Notes: generated by a model not told the origin, from the letters alone. Positions 36,685 to 45,985 are shown, numbered from the stretch's first letter. The stretch is 64,000 nt of DNA from Candidatus Micrarchaeota archaeon (GCA_021797745.1 JAJZZD010000001.1:64468-128467), one strand, 5' to 3'. Translations and numbers: made by a program.

Positions 36685-37701
36685 ATGAATTCGAGCCACA
36701 ACAGCAGGCCATTTTTCATATATAATTTGATAATATGTGTGATCCTTGTGGCCATAGCAATTGCCGTGGTTTACCCTTTAATATTTTCAGGAAATGCCGA
36801 GCATATATCTTCTACTACGCAGTTTAGCATAAATCCTAACGGCACGCTCTATTTCTCAGTATTGAATGCAACAAGTCCTTCTGTGCTTTATCTAAAGAAT
36901 TCTACGGCCAGCTCCGATACATTCTACCTTGAAGGCCCATACATAGGAGGACCGATAGAATCATTTTCAATTGGCCCTGGAGAAAGCGTAAATGCAAGCA
37001 GTTCAGGAGGCCAGATTTCAGACATGAATTTATTAGTTATATCGAGCACAGCATCAGGTGCGGTTGTCAAGATAACTCCCCTTTACCAGAACCTTGGAAT
37101 AAGGCTGAGCAAGAACATAGCGGTGACGAATCCTCCTCCGCTGGGTTTATTTAGCTCAAGTGCTACTGCGTCTTCAACTCCACTTCCTACTTCTGTCACA
37201 ACTACAGTATCGCAGTCCCTGCAGTCCAACAAGTCGTCAAATCAGACAAGCAACCAAACACAGGCTTTACTTCAGAAGGCGATGAAGCTGGCGAACGAGT
37301 CTGTACCTGGCGCTCTGATGCTGAAATTCAGATCTCTTTATGTGACTGGCAGTGCATGCACCGCCCCTCTTTACAATTCTACTTATAACACACAAAAAGG
37401 CTCGCTTCCGAGCGGTCCTAATTCGTTCGAGAACGTAAGTGCGTTCACACCAACAAACGTCACCATATATGCAAACGCGCTCGGCGCGCAGCTGGTCAAC
37501 ATCACATACTCTGCCGTCACGCATTCATCCAGCTATTCAGGCCCTATGCTGATTCTAGAAATTAATGTTTCCGCGGCAAGCTACCTGAAAAAAATAAATT
37601 ATACTGGCCTGCTGTCAGGGGCAAACACAACGACTCTTAACAGCACCTATATGTATCAGTCTAAGATAAGCGGCGATTGCGGGGCATACATAGAGCCATG
37701 A
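36685..37701 (+). CDS. Membrane-anchored, sequon-rich surface protein
   Basis: Start taken at 'MNSSHNSRPFF'. N-terminal TM helix 'LIICVILVAIAIAVVYPLIF'. S/T-rich linker and many N-x-S/T sites. Confidence 0.6.
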   Translation: MNSSHNSRPFFIYNLIICVILVAIAIAVVYPLIFSGNAEHISSTTQFSINPNGTLYFSVLNATSPSVLYLKNSTASSDTFYLEGPYIGGPIESFSIGPGESVNASSSGGQISDMNLLVISSTASGAVVKITPLYQNLGIRLSKNIAVTNPPPLGLFSSSATASSTPLPTSVTTTVSQSLQSNKSSNQTSNQTQALLQKAMKLANESVPGALMLKFRSLYVTGSACTAPLYNSTYNTQKGSLPSGPNSFENVSAFTPTNVTIYANALGAQLVNITYSAVTHSSSYSGPMLILEINVSAASYLKKINYTGLLSGANTTTLNSTYMYQSKISGDCGAYIEP

Positions 37702-37772
37702 GTCAGCAGCGTAAGCTGCACCTGCTTTTATTCTACTGCATAAAACAATGTCGTAAATCGTAAAAATTACAA

Positions 37773-39095
37773 GTGATTAAGATGTCAACACCTGCCGTCG
37801 AAGACGTTTTGGAGCTGCACAAGCGCAGCAGAGGAAAGTACGAAATAGTTTCAAAGGTACCTGTAAATTCCAGGGAAGACCTGGCAAAGAGCTACACGCC
37901 AGGCGTCGCATATGTCAGCGAGGCCATAAAAGCCAACAGGGAAATGGCATACGAATATACTACAAAATCCAATACTATTGCCATAATCTCTGATGGCACG
38001 CGTGTGCTTGGGCTCGGAAATATAGGCGCAGAGGCAGGCCTGCCTGTCATGGAAGGTAAAGCAATACTTTTCAAGAAGCTTGGCGGTGTGGATGCGATAC
38101 CTATATGCATAAGGACAACTGATGAAAACGAGATAGTGAAATTCGTGGAAAATATTTCTCCTAACTTTGGTGCGATAAACCTCGAGGACATAGAGTCGCC
38201 AAAGGTTTTCCGCATACAGGACAGGCTTTCAAAAACGCTAGACATACCTGTATTCCATGACGACCGTCAAGGAACTGCAGTGTCGGTTCTTGCCGCGCTT
38301 AAAAATGCGCTGAAACTGTCGGGCAAGGGAAAAAATGCAAGGATAGTTGTAAACGGAGCTGGCTCTGCCGGTTTCGGGATAATTCAGCTGCTGTCTTTTT
38401 CCGGATACAAAAATTTGTTGGCTGTTGACAGCAAAGGAATAATATACAAAGACAGGCCTGATGGACTGCAGGACTATAAAAAAGAAGTGGCAGAAATCAC
38501 TAACGCAGGAAATGAATCCGGTGACCTGAAAGACGCCATTTCAAATGCTGACGTGTTCATAGGTGTGTCAACTCCTGACGTGTTTAAAAAAGAATTCGTG
38601 CACGAAATGAGTCAGAAACCCATTATATTCGCGCTCGCGAACCCTGTTCCTGAAATAAGCTATGCAGACGCAATTCAGGCAGGCGCATTCATAGCCGCTA
38701 CTGGCAGGAGCGACGCTCCTAACCAGGTAAACAACACTGTCGCGTTTCCAGGCATATTCAGGGGAATGTTGGACGCAAGGGCAAAGGGGGTGAACTTAGA
38801 TATGTTGTGTGCGGCTGCCAACGAGATAGCAAATTCAGTTGGCAGAGGCCTAAGCCCAGAAAACATAATCCCTAGCGTCACTAACAAAAAACAGGTTGTC
38901 AAAACAATGAGCGCAGTTGCTTCTTCGGTTGCGAGTAAAGCAATCGAAACAAATATGGCAAGGCATAACATAGACCCTGAATTTGTCAAAAATAACGCGA
39001 AGATGCTGATTAAAAGGTACTGGAGAATAGAAAGCAGGATACTGCAAAAAACCAATTCTGCAGTTTCTTCAGGCGGCGGGACACAGCATGTTTAA
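37773..39095 (+). CDS. NAD(P)-dependent malic enzyme (short form)
   Basis: 440 aa. 'LAKSYTPGVA', 'ISDGTRVLGLGNIGA..GLPVMEGKAILFK', 'FGAINLEDI' and 'VVNGAGSAG'. ATG 37782 is an alternative start. Confidence 0.93.
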   Translation: MIKMSTPAVEDVLELHKRSRGKYEIVSKVPVNSREDLAKSYTPGVAYVSEAIKANREMAYEYTTKSNTIAIISDGTRVLGLGNIGAEAGLPVMEGKAILFKKLGGVDAIPICIRTTDENEIVKFVENISPNFGAINLEDIESPKVFRIQDRLSKTLDIPVFHDDRQGTAVSVLAALKNALKLSGKGKNARIVVNGAGSAGFGIIQLLSFSGYKNLLAVDSKGIIYKDRPDGLQDYKKEVAEITNAGNESGDLKDAISNADVFIGVSTPDVFKKEFVHEMSQKPIIFALANPVPEISYADAIQAGAFIAATGRSDAPNQVNNTVAFPGIFRGMLDARAKGVNLDMLCAAANEIANSVGRGLSPENIIPSVTNKKQVVKTMSAVASSVASKAIETNMARHNIDPEFVKNNAKMLIKRYWRIESRILQKTNSAVSSGGGTQHV

Positions 39096-39111
39096 ACTGC
39101 AATCGCTAATT

Positions 39112-41361
39112 TCATTTCGGCATCGCACTCTTCTTTATCTTGGCCTTTATCGGTATCGTGAACCAGAATGTGCTTCCCTTTCCAACCTCTGATATCACAT
39201 GCATTGTTCCTCCGTGCAGGTTCACTATTCCTCTAGCTATCGAAAGTCCAAGTCCGGTTCCTGACCCTGCCTGCGTGGTTCTGCCCTTCCTGTTCAACTG
39301 ATAGAATTTTTTAAACAGCTTTGACCTGTCTTCCTTGCTTATCCCTATTCCCGTGTCAGTCACTTCTACTCTTACATTAGGCCCTTTTCTGAATACCTTT
39401 ACACTTATACTGCCATGTTCTGTGAATTTGACCGCGTTGCCTATCAGGTTGACAAATACCTGTATCAGTCTGTTCAAGTCAGCAGTCACTATTGGCGTTG
39501 TTTCTTCTGTTTTCCACGAGAATGCGATGCCCTTTTTCTCTGCTACCTCTGCCAAAGACCTTATGCTCGGATTTGTTTCTATGACTCTGAAATCCACAGG
39601 CTGCAAATCAAGCTTTATGCGCTTGGAGTCCAGCTTTGCAATATCGAGTATTTGACCTATGAGGAACATCAGCCTGTCTGATTCGTCGGATATTATTTTA
39701 AGGTACTCTTTCTGCTCTGCATTCAGCTCGCCGAAGTCGCCTTCGTTCAAGAGCTTTGCAAATCCCTTGATGTTTGTCAGTGGCGTTTTCAGGTCGTGCG
39801 AAAGATTGTATATGAACTGCGTCTTGAGCTCGCTCTTTCCGACTTCAGCCTCGATCTGCTTTTCAAGTATGCCTATGTCTTCCTGTAGCTTGTCAACGAG
39901 CCTTTTCGTGGCAAGCTCCCTGCTTATTACCATATAGCCGGTTGTCTCGCCGTTCTCGTCAATTACGCACCGCACGCTCTGCTGGCACGGGATGAGCTCC
40001 GAGTTTTTTGTGATTAGGTTGAAAAATACATCGTTTATTGTGCTGCCTCCCCTGGCGAGTGACATCGCAGATACAAGCTTGCTGTGCGATTCAGCATCGG
40101 GATAAAGCGAGTTTATTGAAGTGCCTATAAGCTCGTCCCTGCTGTATTTCAGCAGCCTTTCGGCACTCCTGTTAATATTTTTTATGTAGCCCAATTCGTC
40201 GGTGGCGATGACTGCATCTGAAGATGCCTGAACTATGTCGTCAACAGCCCGTTTCACACTTTCAGAATACCTTTCAAGATTGCCGTTGGAAATTATGCAT
40301 GCAAATCCAAACATGCTTTTGAGCGCCGTCAACTTTGCATCTACTGAATTGCCATTTCCTATGTTGAAGGTCAAATCCACTGTTACAGGGTCTTTCATTT
40401 CTGCGTTTAGAATCCTGCCCCTGTTAGTGAACGCCCCTATGCTTTTGCCTATCATGTCACCCTGGCTGATTTTCAAAACCTTTTCCACGTTTTTACTTAC
40501 CCATATTATTTTCTCGTTTTCGTCAAGCAGCATGAAGGACTTATCGCCGAGCCTGTCTGCCAAACGCGCCTCTTCCCTGAGCAAGTTCAAGTTTGTCGTG
40601 TTTATTGCAGAAATCACCACCATGTTTTCGCTTGCGTTCCTGCCAGTCACGCTGAATGTTTTTCCGTCTGAGGTTTTCGTTTCAATTGTAGCTCCGGCTT
40701 TCAGCCTCTCGAGAGCTTCGCCGTTCAAGCCTAAAATGCTCAATGCATTGCCGCCTTGTATCTCACCACCATACTTTTCAAATTCAAGCATTGCAGCCTT
40801 GTTCGCCTTCGCAACATTTCCCTGCCTGTCAACGAGGAACTGGGGTATCGCCGCGTCGAATGCAGCGTCGAAGTACTTTGCCAGATTTATGTTCATTTCG
40901 CGCTCTGCACGCGAAGCTATCACATACGCTGCAATCCTGACTGCTGGAAATATTGCATTCGCAGTGCTTGCGTTGAACTTGTCCTCGCTCCTGTCAAGAA
41001 GTAGCATTATTGCGACAGGCTTCGTGTCTGCGACCATCGGAAACGCAAGGCAGCTTTTGTAGCCTGAATTGTAGTAATTTATCAAGTCAGTAAATGCAGA
41101 ATAACCGCTTAGTTTATTGTCTATGTACGATTTTTGCGTATTTAACACGTATTTTTCAAACTGGCTCAATTCCTCGCTCACGCCAGACTCGGAATACACG
41201 TTTTTGCATTTCGCGTAATCTGCGGACAGAGCGCTTCTGAATTTCTCAGATAGCTCCGACAGGATTTCCGAGGGCTTTCTGGCGAACCTGCTCACATCCA
41301 GCGCACTGCTGATAAGGTCTTCAGCCAAAACTGCTTCCTGCATCAAATCAGCTAAAATCAA
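39112..41361 (-). CDS. Cytosolic sensor histidine kinase with GAF-like and multiple PAS-like domains
   Basis: 749 aa with no TM segment. H-box 'FIYNLSHDLKTPLTNIKGF'. HATPase 'NLIGNAVKFT', 'VTDTGIGI' and 'GTGLGLSIARGIVNLHGG'. Confidence 0.9.
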   Translation of the reverse strand: MILADLMQEAVLAEDLISSALDVSRFARKPSEILSELSEKFRSALSADYAKCKNVYSESGVSEELSQFEKYVLNTQKSYIDNKLSGYSAFTDLINYYNSGYKSCLAFPMVADTKPVAIMLLLDRSEDKFNASTANAIFPAVRIAAYVIASRAEREMNINLAKYFDAAFDAAIPQFLVDRQGNVAKANKAAMLEFEKYGGEIQGGNALSILGLNGEALERLKAGATIETKTSDGKTFSVTGRNASENMVVISAINTTNLNLLREEARLADRLGDKSFMLLDENEKIIWVSKNVEKVLKISQGDMIGKSIGAFTNRGRILNAEMKDPVTVDLTFNIGNGNSVDAKLTALKSMFGFACIISNGNLERYSESVKRAVDDIVQASSDAVIATDELGYIKNINRSAERLLKYSRDELIGTSINSLYPDAESHSKLVSAMSLARGGSTINDVFFNLITKNSELIPCQQSVRCVIDENGETTGYMVISRELATKRLVDKLQEDIGILEKQIEAEVGKSELKTQFIYNLSHDLKTPLTNIKGFAKLLNEGDFGELNAEQKEYLKIISDESDRLMFLIGQILDIAKLDSKRIKLDLQPVDFRVIETNPSIRSLAEVAEKKGIAFSWKTEETTPIVTADLNRLIQVFVNLIGNAVKFTEHGSISVKVFRKGPNVRVEVTDTGIGISKEDRSKLFKKFYQLNRKGRTTQAGSGTGLGLSIARGIVNLHGGTMHVISEVGKGSTFWFTIPIKAKIKKSAMPK

Positions 41362-41397
41362 TAAACACGAGAATAATAAAAGGATTTATGGCAAATA

Positions 41398-41406
41398 GAT
41401 ATAAAG
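41398..41406 (+). promoter_or_regulatory. TATA-box-like element upstream of the fibrillarin reading frame
   Basis: 'GATATAAAG' at 41398-41406. The predicted TSS, about 25 nt downstream, falls near 41428, just inside the open fibrillarin frame. Confidence 0.35.
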
Positions 41407-41563
41407 GCATAAACGGCAAAACAGGAAAATTGCGCACGCTTTTGGTGATTTAACGATAAAAGAGATTTTCAAGGGGGTTTTCAAAGTCGACAACAGGATA
41501 GCTACAAAGAACCTGGCCAGAGGGAAAAAGGTCTACGATGAAAGCATAGTAACAGTAGAAAAC

Positions 41564-42109
41564 GTGGAGTATCGGTTGTGGAACCCTTACCGCAGTAAGC
41601 TCGCCGCTGCTATAATAAAAGGGCTTAAAAACATGCAAATAGCGCCGGGCTCGAAGGTTCTTTATCTTGGAGCTGCAACAGGCACGACGAGCAGCCACGT
41701 GAGCGACATAGTCGGTACTGAAGGCGCAGTTTACTGCGTCGAGATATCAGAAACCAACATGCGCAAACTGCTCAAGGTGTGCGAAGACAGGAAGAACATG
41801 CTGCCCATAATGTGCGATGCAAATGACGTAGAAAAATACGCCGAGGACGTAGGTAAAGCCGACATAATATATCAAGACATATCGTCAAGGGACCAGGCAG
41901 AGATACTGCTCAGAAACAGCGAACTTCTCAAGAACAACGGTTTTGCATACGTCGCGATAAAATCGCAGAGCATAAGCGTGGCAAAAAGTCCAGAAGAGGT
42001 TTTCAGCCAATTCCTCAGTTCTATTTCCAAGCGCTTTGAGATTTTGGAGAAATTGGACATAGCGCCTTATTCCAACATGCATCTGTTTGTGGTTCTGCAG
42101 AAAAAGTAA
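41564..42109 (+). CDS. flpA: Fibrillarin (rRNA/tRNA 2'-O-methyltransferase); the tracked ORF is N-terminally short
   Basis: 'VEYRLWNPYRSKLAAAIIKGL', 'VLYLGAATGTTSSHVSDIVG' and 'IIYQDISSRDQAEIL'. The same frame is open back to 41405 and encodes 'TIKEIFKGVFKVDNRIATKNLARGKKVYDESIVTVEN', which is fibrillarin N-terminal sequence. It contains no ATG, GTG or TTG. Confidence 0.9.
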   Translation: MEYRLWNPYRSKLAAAIIKGLKNMQIAPGSKVLYLGAATGTTSSHVSDIVGTEGAVYCVEISETNMRKLLKVCEDRKNMLPIMCDANDVEKYAEDVGKADIIYQDISSRDQAEILLRNSELLKNNGFAYVAIKSQSISVAKSPEEVFSQFLSSISKRFEILEKLDIAPYSNMHLFVVLQKK

Positions 42110-42168
42110 AGAAAAAAATGGCGCTTTACCAGTAAAGGGTATAAAAGGTTTTAACCCCATTTTCATTT

Positions 42169-42990
42169 ATGGAATTTTCAAATTACTTGGCAGCATTAGA
42201 TCGCGCGCCTGCAGCAAAAGCCAAATGCGGATATTGCATGTATGAATTTAATGCGCTGGGCAAAGAAGATACTATTTGCATATTCTGCGAAAATTTGGTA
42301 TCTAACGCGCAAGACGCAGCTGTTTTCAGTGCAGAAATTGCAGGCGCAATTTCCAAAGCTCAGGCTGCTGCGGGTTCAAACGACTGGGAAACTGCGACAA
42401 AGACGCTAGATTCCATTGCTGCATCCAGCACAGACCCCAAATTAACCTATGTGATTTCGATCTTCTACCGCTACTTCTCTGATTTTTCCTATTACTCAAT
42501 AAATTACAGTATGCCAGGTTTTATGGAGCAAAATGCTGCGAAAATAAGGCAAGGTTTGGATCTTACGACCAGATGGAAAGAACTGATGTATCGCACATTA
42601 TCGCAAATTGAGCTCAAAATCAAATCGGAAACGCCTGCAGATGAAACTCTGCTGTGGTTGCGCTTCATCGCATACATAAAACTCAGAAACCTTGCAGATG
42701 CTAAAACAGCACTGAAAGACCTGCTCTATTTGGGGAAAAAGGATGTGTTGTCTGAATATGCACAGATGGTTCTTTATGTAGAATTAAACGACAAAAAGTC
42801 AGAAGGCGCTCTCGAAGCAATGTTAAAAAATGGCGTGCTAACATCATTTTATTATCTTGCAAAATATCTTGCCAGGAACAAAAAGTCAGATGGTGCAAAA
42901 CAAATACTGGAAAAACTGATTAAAAGAAATGCAATGCCGATTGCACTGCCGCTGCTTAACAAAATAAGCGCCGAAGAATCTCATTACTAA
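42169..42990 (+). CDS. Hypothetical protein with an N-terminal zinc-ribbon-like CxxC pair and a helical repeat body
   Basis: 'CGYCMYEF...CIFCEN' is followed by about 200 aa of helical, TPR-like sequence. Confidence 0.55.
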   Translation: MEFSNYLAALDRAPAAKAKCGYCMYEFNALGKEDTICIFCENLVSNAQDAAVFSAEIAGAISKAQAAAGSNDWETATKTLDSIAASSTDPKLTYVISIFYRYFSDFSYYSINYSMPGFMEQNAAKIRQGLDLTTRWKELMYRTLSQIELKIKSETPADETLLWLRFIAYIKLRNLADAKTALKDLLYLGKKDVLSEYAQMVLYVELNDKKSEGALEAMLKNGVLTSFYYLAKYLARNKKSDGAKQILEKLIKRNAMPIALPLLNKISAEESHY

Positions 42991-43392
42991 TACGCTTCTA
43001 TTGTCTTCCTCTGAAGTTTTTTTGACCAAAATATGAACGTTCTTTCCGCTCAGTTCATCCACTTCCAACATGTCGGAAAGTTTATTCGCAAGAAGACTGA
43101 CAATTCTTCAAAAACTGCGAACGAATATTAAAATGCAAAGAAGTGCATTCGGTATCTTGCGTTTCGTGTAGAACTTCGCTACAAAGAAAGTGAATAGAAG
43201 AAAAAAGAATCAAAGATTATGGAATTTGATTAAAAATCAGACTATGCTGATTGATGCTGCCAGCCTATAATTTTCAGTTACGACTCTCGAGCGGTGGCCC
43301 TTTCTCTCTTGTCCGGTCTTTCCATAAGCTATCTGATAATAATGAAAATCCCGGTTTCTAAAAATCGCCTAACTGCTCGTTTTTGTCGCTTA

Positions 43393-44838
43393 TTATCCTT
43401 TTATTACGCATACTGGCAGATTTTTAGACACAATTCTCGATATGCCTGCGTTTTCGACTGTCTTAACTACCTCGTCTATGTCCTTGTAAGCCCACTCTGC
43501 CTCCTCGCTAACCAGCTTTCTTGATTTTATCCTTATCAAGATATTTTTGCTTTCAAGAGAGTCGAAGGTTTTACTTTCAGGTATCTCGCGTACTGCCTCG
43601 TGCCTCGACATTACCCTTCCTGCACCGTGGCACGATGAGCCGAATGTCTCCTTTAGCGATCCTTCTGCCCCGCACAACACATAGCTCGATGTTCCCATGC
43701 TGCCTGGTATAAGCACCGGCTGCCCTGTGCCCCTGTATTTTTTTGGCACCTCGTTCCTGCCCTTCGGAAATGCGCGCGTAGCCCCTTTCCTGTGCACAAA
43801 AACCTTGACCTTTTTGCCTTCTACTTCATGTTCTTCCAATTTTGCTATGTTGTGCGCCACATCATACAACACGTCCATTCCCATGCTTTCAGGGCGTTTT
43901 CCGAAAACTCCTGAAAAGCTTTCCCTTATTGCATGAATTATCAACTGCCTGTTTGTAAATGCATAGTTCACGGCGCATTTCATGGCATCGAGATAATCTT
44001 GCGCTTCCTTGTCCTTTATGTGCGCATAACTCAACTCCCTATCTGCCAATACTATGCCCTTATTTCTCTGGTACTCATTCAAAATTCTGAGATAATCGCT
44101 GCATATCTGGTGGCCGAAACCTCTCGAGCCGCAGTGCACCATCACAACAATCTGCCCTTGCTCAAGTCCATACGCTCTTGCAGTTTTTTCATCAAGTATC
44201 TTCTCCACTTTCTGAACTTCGAGAAAATGGTTTCCTGCGCCAAGCGTGCCCAATTCATGCAGTCCTCTGCGTTTTGCTTCTTCGCTTACTTTTGAAAAGT
44301 CAGCATCTTTCATAAATCCGTTCTCTTCTGTAACCTCTACATCTTCGGAGTTGCCGAAGCCTTTGGATACCATATATTGCATGCCTTCTTCGCAGATTTT
44401 TTCAAGGTCATTCCCATTAATGTCAAGGTTAAGCTTGCTTCCAACGCCGCTCGGGACGTTTTTGAATAGGGCATCTGCAAGCTGGCCCAGTTTAGGACGG
44501 ATGTCCTTTTCTGTCAGGTTGGTCTTCACGAGCTTCATGCCGCAGTTTATGTCGAATCCCACGGCTCCTGGCGAAATTATTCCTTCTTCCGCATCTGAAG
44601 CCGCAACTCCACCTATCGGAAATCCATATCCTTCATGGCCATCGGGCATCACCAGCACATTTCCAACGAGCCCCGGAAGTGTAGCCGCGTTGGCCGCCTG
44701 TTCAAGAGTCCTGTCTTTTTTTATTTTCTCTATCAAGGTCTCAGAAGCGTAAACCACAACACCAGTTTTCATCCCCCTGCCCGCATCCTTCTTTATCTCA
44801 AATTTGAAGTCGCTAAGTTTTTCGACGTTAATTTCCAT
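43393..44838 (-). CDS. rtcB: RNA-splicing ligase RtcB
   Basis: 481 aa. 'MPDGHEGYGFPIGGV', 'GFDINCGM', 'GAGNHFLE', 'HCGSRGFGHQ' and 'SSCHGAGR'. Confidence 0.96.
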   Translation of the reverse strand: MEINVEKLSDFKFEIKKDAGRGMKTGVVVYASETLIEKIKKDRTLEQAANAATLPGLVGNVLVMPDGHEGYGFPIGGVAASDAEEGIISPGAVGFDINCGMKLVKTNLTEKDIRPKLGQLADALFKNVPSGVGSKLNLDINGNDLEKICEEGMQYMVSKGFGNSEDVEVTEENGFMKDADFSKVSEEAKRRGLHELGTLGAGNHFLEVQKVEKILDEKTARAYGLEQGQIVVMVHCGSRGFGHQICSDYLRILNEYQRNKGIVLADRELSYAHIKDKEAQDYLDAMKCAVNYAFTNRQLIIHAIRESFSGVFGKRPESMGMDVLYDVAHNIAKLEEHEVEGKKVKVFVHRKGATRAFPKGRNEVPKKYRGTGQPVLIPGSMGTSSYVLCGAEGSLKETFGSSCHGAGRVMSRHEAVREIPESKTFDSLESKNILIRIKSRKLVSEEAEWAYKDIDEVVKTVENAGISRIVSKNLPVCVIKG

Positions 44839-44955
44839 AAAAAGTCACCCAAAAGCAGCATATTATATGACGAAAACTATAGCAAAGAATATATACCAGC
44901 TCGCATTCATTAATCTTGGAAAAGCTATTAATGTATGCGTAACAATAAATATCGC

Positions 44956-45054
44956 GCAGGGATGGCGGAGCTTGGTCAAACGCGACAGACTCAAGATCTG
45001 TTGGTCTTAGGCCTACGGGAGTTCAAAAGTTCTGAACAAATCTCCCTCCCTGCA
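44956..45054 (+). tRNA. tRNA-Leu (CAA) with a 13-nt insertion in the T loop (candidate non-canonical intron)
   Basis: GCAGGGA-TG-GCG..CGC-G-ACAGA-CTCAAGA-TCTGT-[TGGTCTTAGGCCTAC]-GGGAG-TTCAAA(AGTTCTGAACAAA)T-CTCCC-TCCCTGC-A. The loop between the T-stem strands is 20 nt (45022..45041) instead of 7. Confidence 0.75.
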
Positions 45055-45072
45055 CGAAGAAAGGCGGATTGA

Positions 45073-45834
45073 ATGTCGGTAAAAAAGAGAGGAAAAGCAG
45101 GGGCAAAAAGCAGGCAACAAAGAAAGCAGAGAAGCCAGAGAGTGGGTAACAGAAAATCAACAAGGGAGTCTATAATATCAAAGATAAAAAACACCAAAAT
45201 AAAGGACAAAATACTTCTCGACATTCCTCTTTATGCTCAGACTGAAGACTTCACGAGTTCGGCTGCATGCGCAATGATGGCTCTCAAGTACCTTAACAAG
45301 AATTTTAAGCTTAAGAAGGAAATAGAATACGGAATTTGGCAGGAAGCCGTGAATGGCAGCGTCTGGTATGGTTCAAAATACGGCCTGGCATATGCGCTCG
45401 CGAAACGCGGTGCCGATGTAAGCATAATGAGCAACACGAAGGACGAAGGATACGAGACAAAAATGGCGGTTTACGAGAACGTCAACCTTAAGACGCTTTC
45501 AGCATCTTTCAACGAGATAAGGCAGAAAGCCCAGGACATAGGGATAGAGGAAGAGCATACTGTCGCATTCTCAATAAACCACATAAAGAAGGCCCTCTCA
45601 GCAGGTCACATACCTATAGTGCTTATAGACGCGAAGAGCGTAAATTCATATCTTAAGGAAGACGAGTCTATGCCTCAGTGGGTTGTGGTAAAAGGATATG
45701 ACAACGACAATTTCTACATAAACGACCCGTACTCGTACAGCACCATAACCTTGGCTACTGATGCGTTCAGGTCAGCGCTTGGCTTCGACGGCGATTATCA
45801 TATGATAGTCATCAACTCGAAGGGCAAAAGATAA
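45073..45834 (+). CDS. Peptidase C39-like (papain-fold) protein with a highly basic N-terminal tail
   Basis: 'LDIPLYAQTEDFTSSAACAMMALKYL' resembles the C39_2/BtrH-like Cys motif, and 'HIPIVLID...WVVVKGYD' fits a His-containing strand. The first ~45 aa are K/R/Q-rich. Confidence 0.6.
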   Translation: MSVKKRGKAGAKSRQQRKQRSQRVGNRKSTRESIISKIKNTKIKDKILLDIPLYAQTEDFTSSAACAMMALKYLNKNFKLKKEIEYGIWQEAVNGSVWYGSKYGLAYALAKRGADVSIMSNTKDEGYETKMAVYENVNLKTLSASFNEIRQKAQDIGIEEEHTVAFSINHIKKALSAGHIPIVLIDAKSVNSYLKEDESMPQWVVVKGYDNDNFYINDPYSYSTITLATDAFRSALGFDGDYHMIVINSKGKR

Positions 45835-45985
45835 CTGTAACTGACTTTTTGCTTGTTCAGTCTTACAATCAATTGCGAGAATTGAGAATTGCCTTTATCG
45901 AAAAAGCAATAGATGAAATTAAAGAGTGAGAGGCAAAACCAATCGTTTGCCTAGCTCTTCCCTTTCTATGCTCTCCATTTCTTTT

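Noticed and set aside
40235-41062. 275-aa ORF on the plus strand inside the histidine kinase gene
   Set aside because: It is entirely antisense to a well-supported kinase CDS. The product is S/L/F-rich and low in complexity with no motifs, which is typical of a stop-poor mirror frame.
41388-41451. 21-codon ORF (MANRYKGINGKTGKLRTLLVI) upstream of fibrillarin as an independent gene or leader peptide
   Set aside because: It overlaps the predicted TATA box and has no recognisable features. It is more likely relevant only as the frame that contains the out-of-frame TTG/GTG discussed in the fibrillarin finding.
44246-44752. 168-aa plus-strand ORF inside rtcB
   Set aside because: It is antisense to RtcB, and its S/P/F-rich composition shows no motif.
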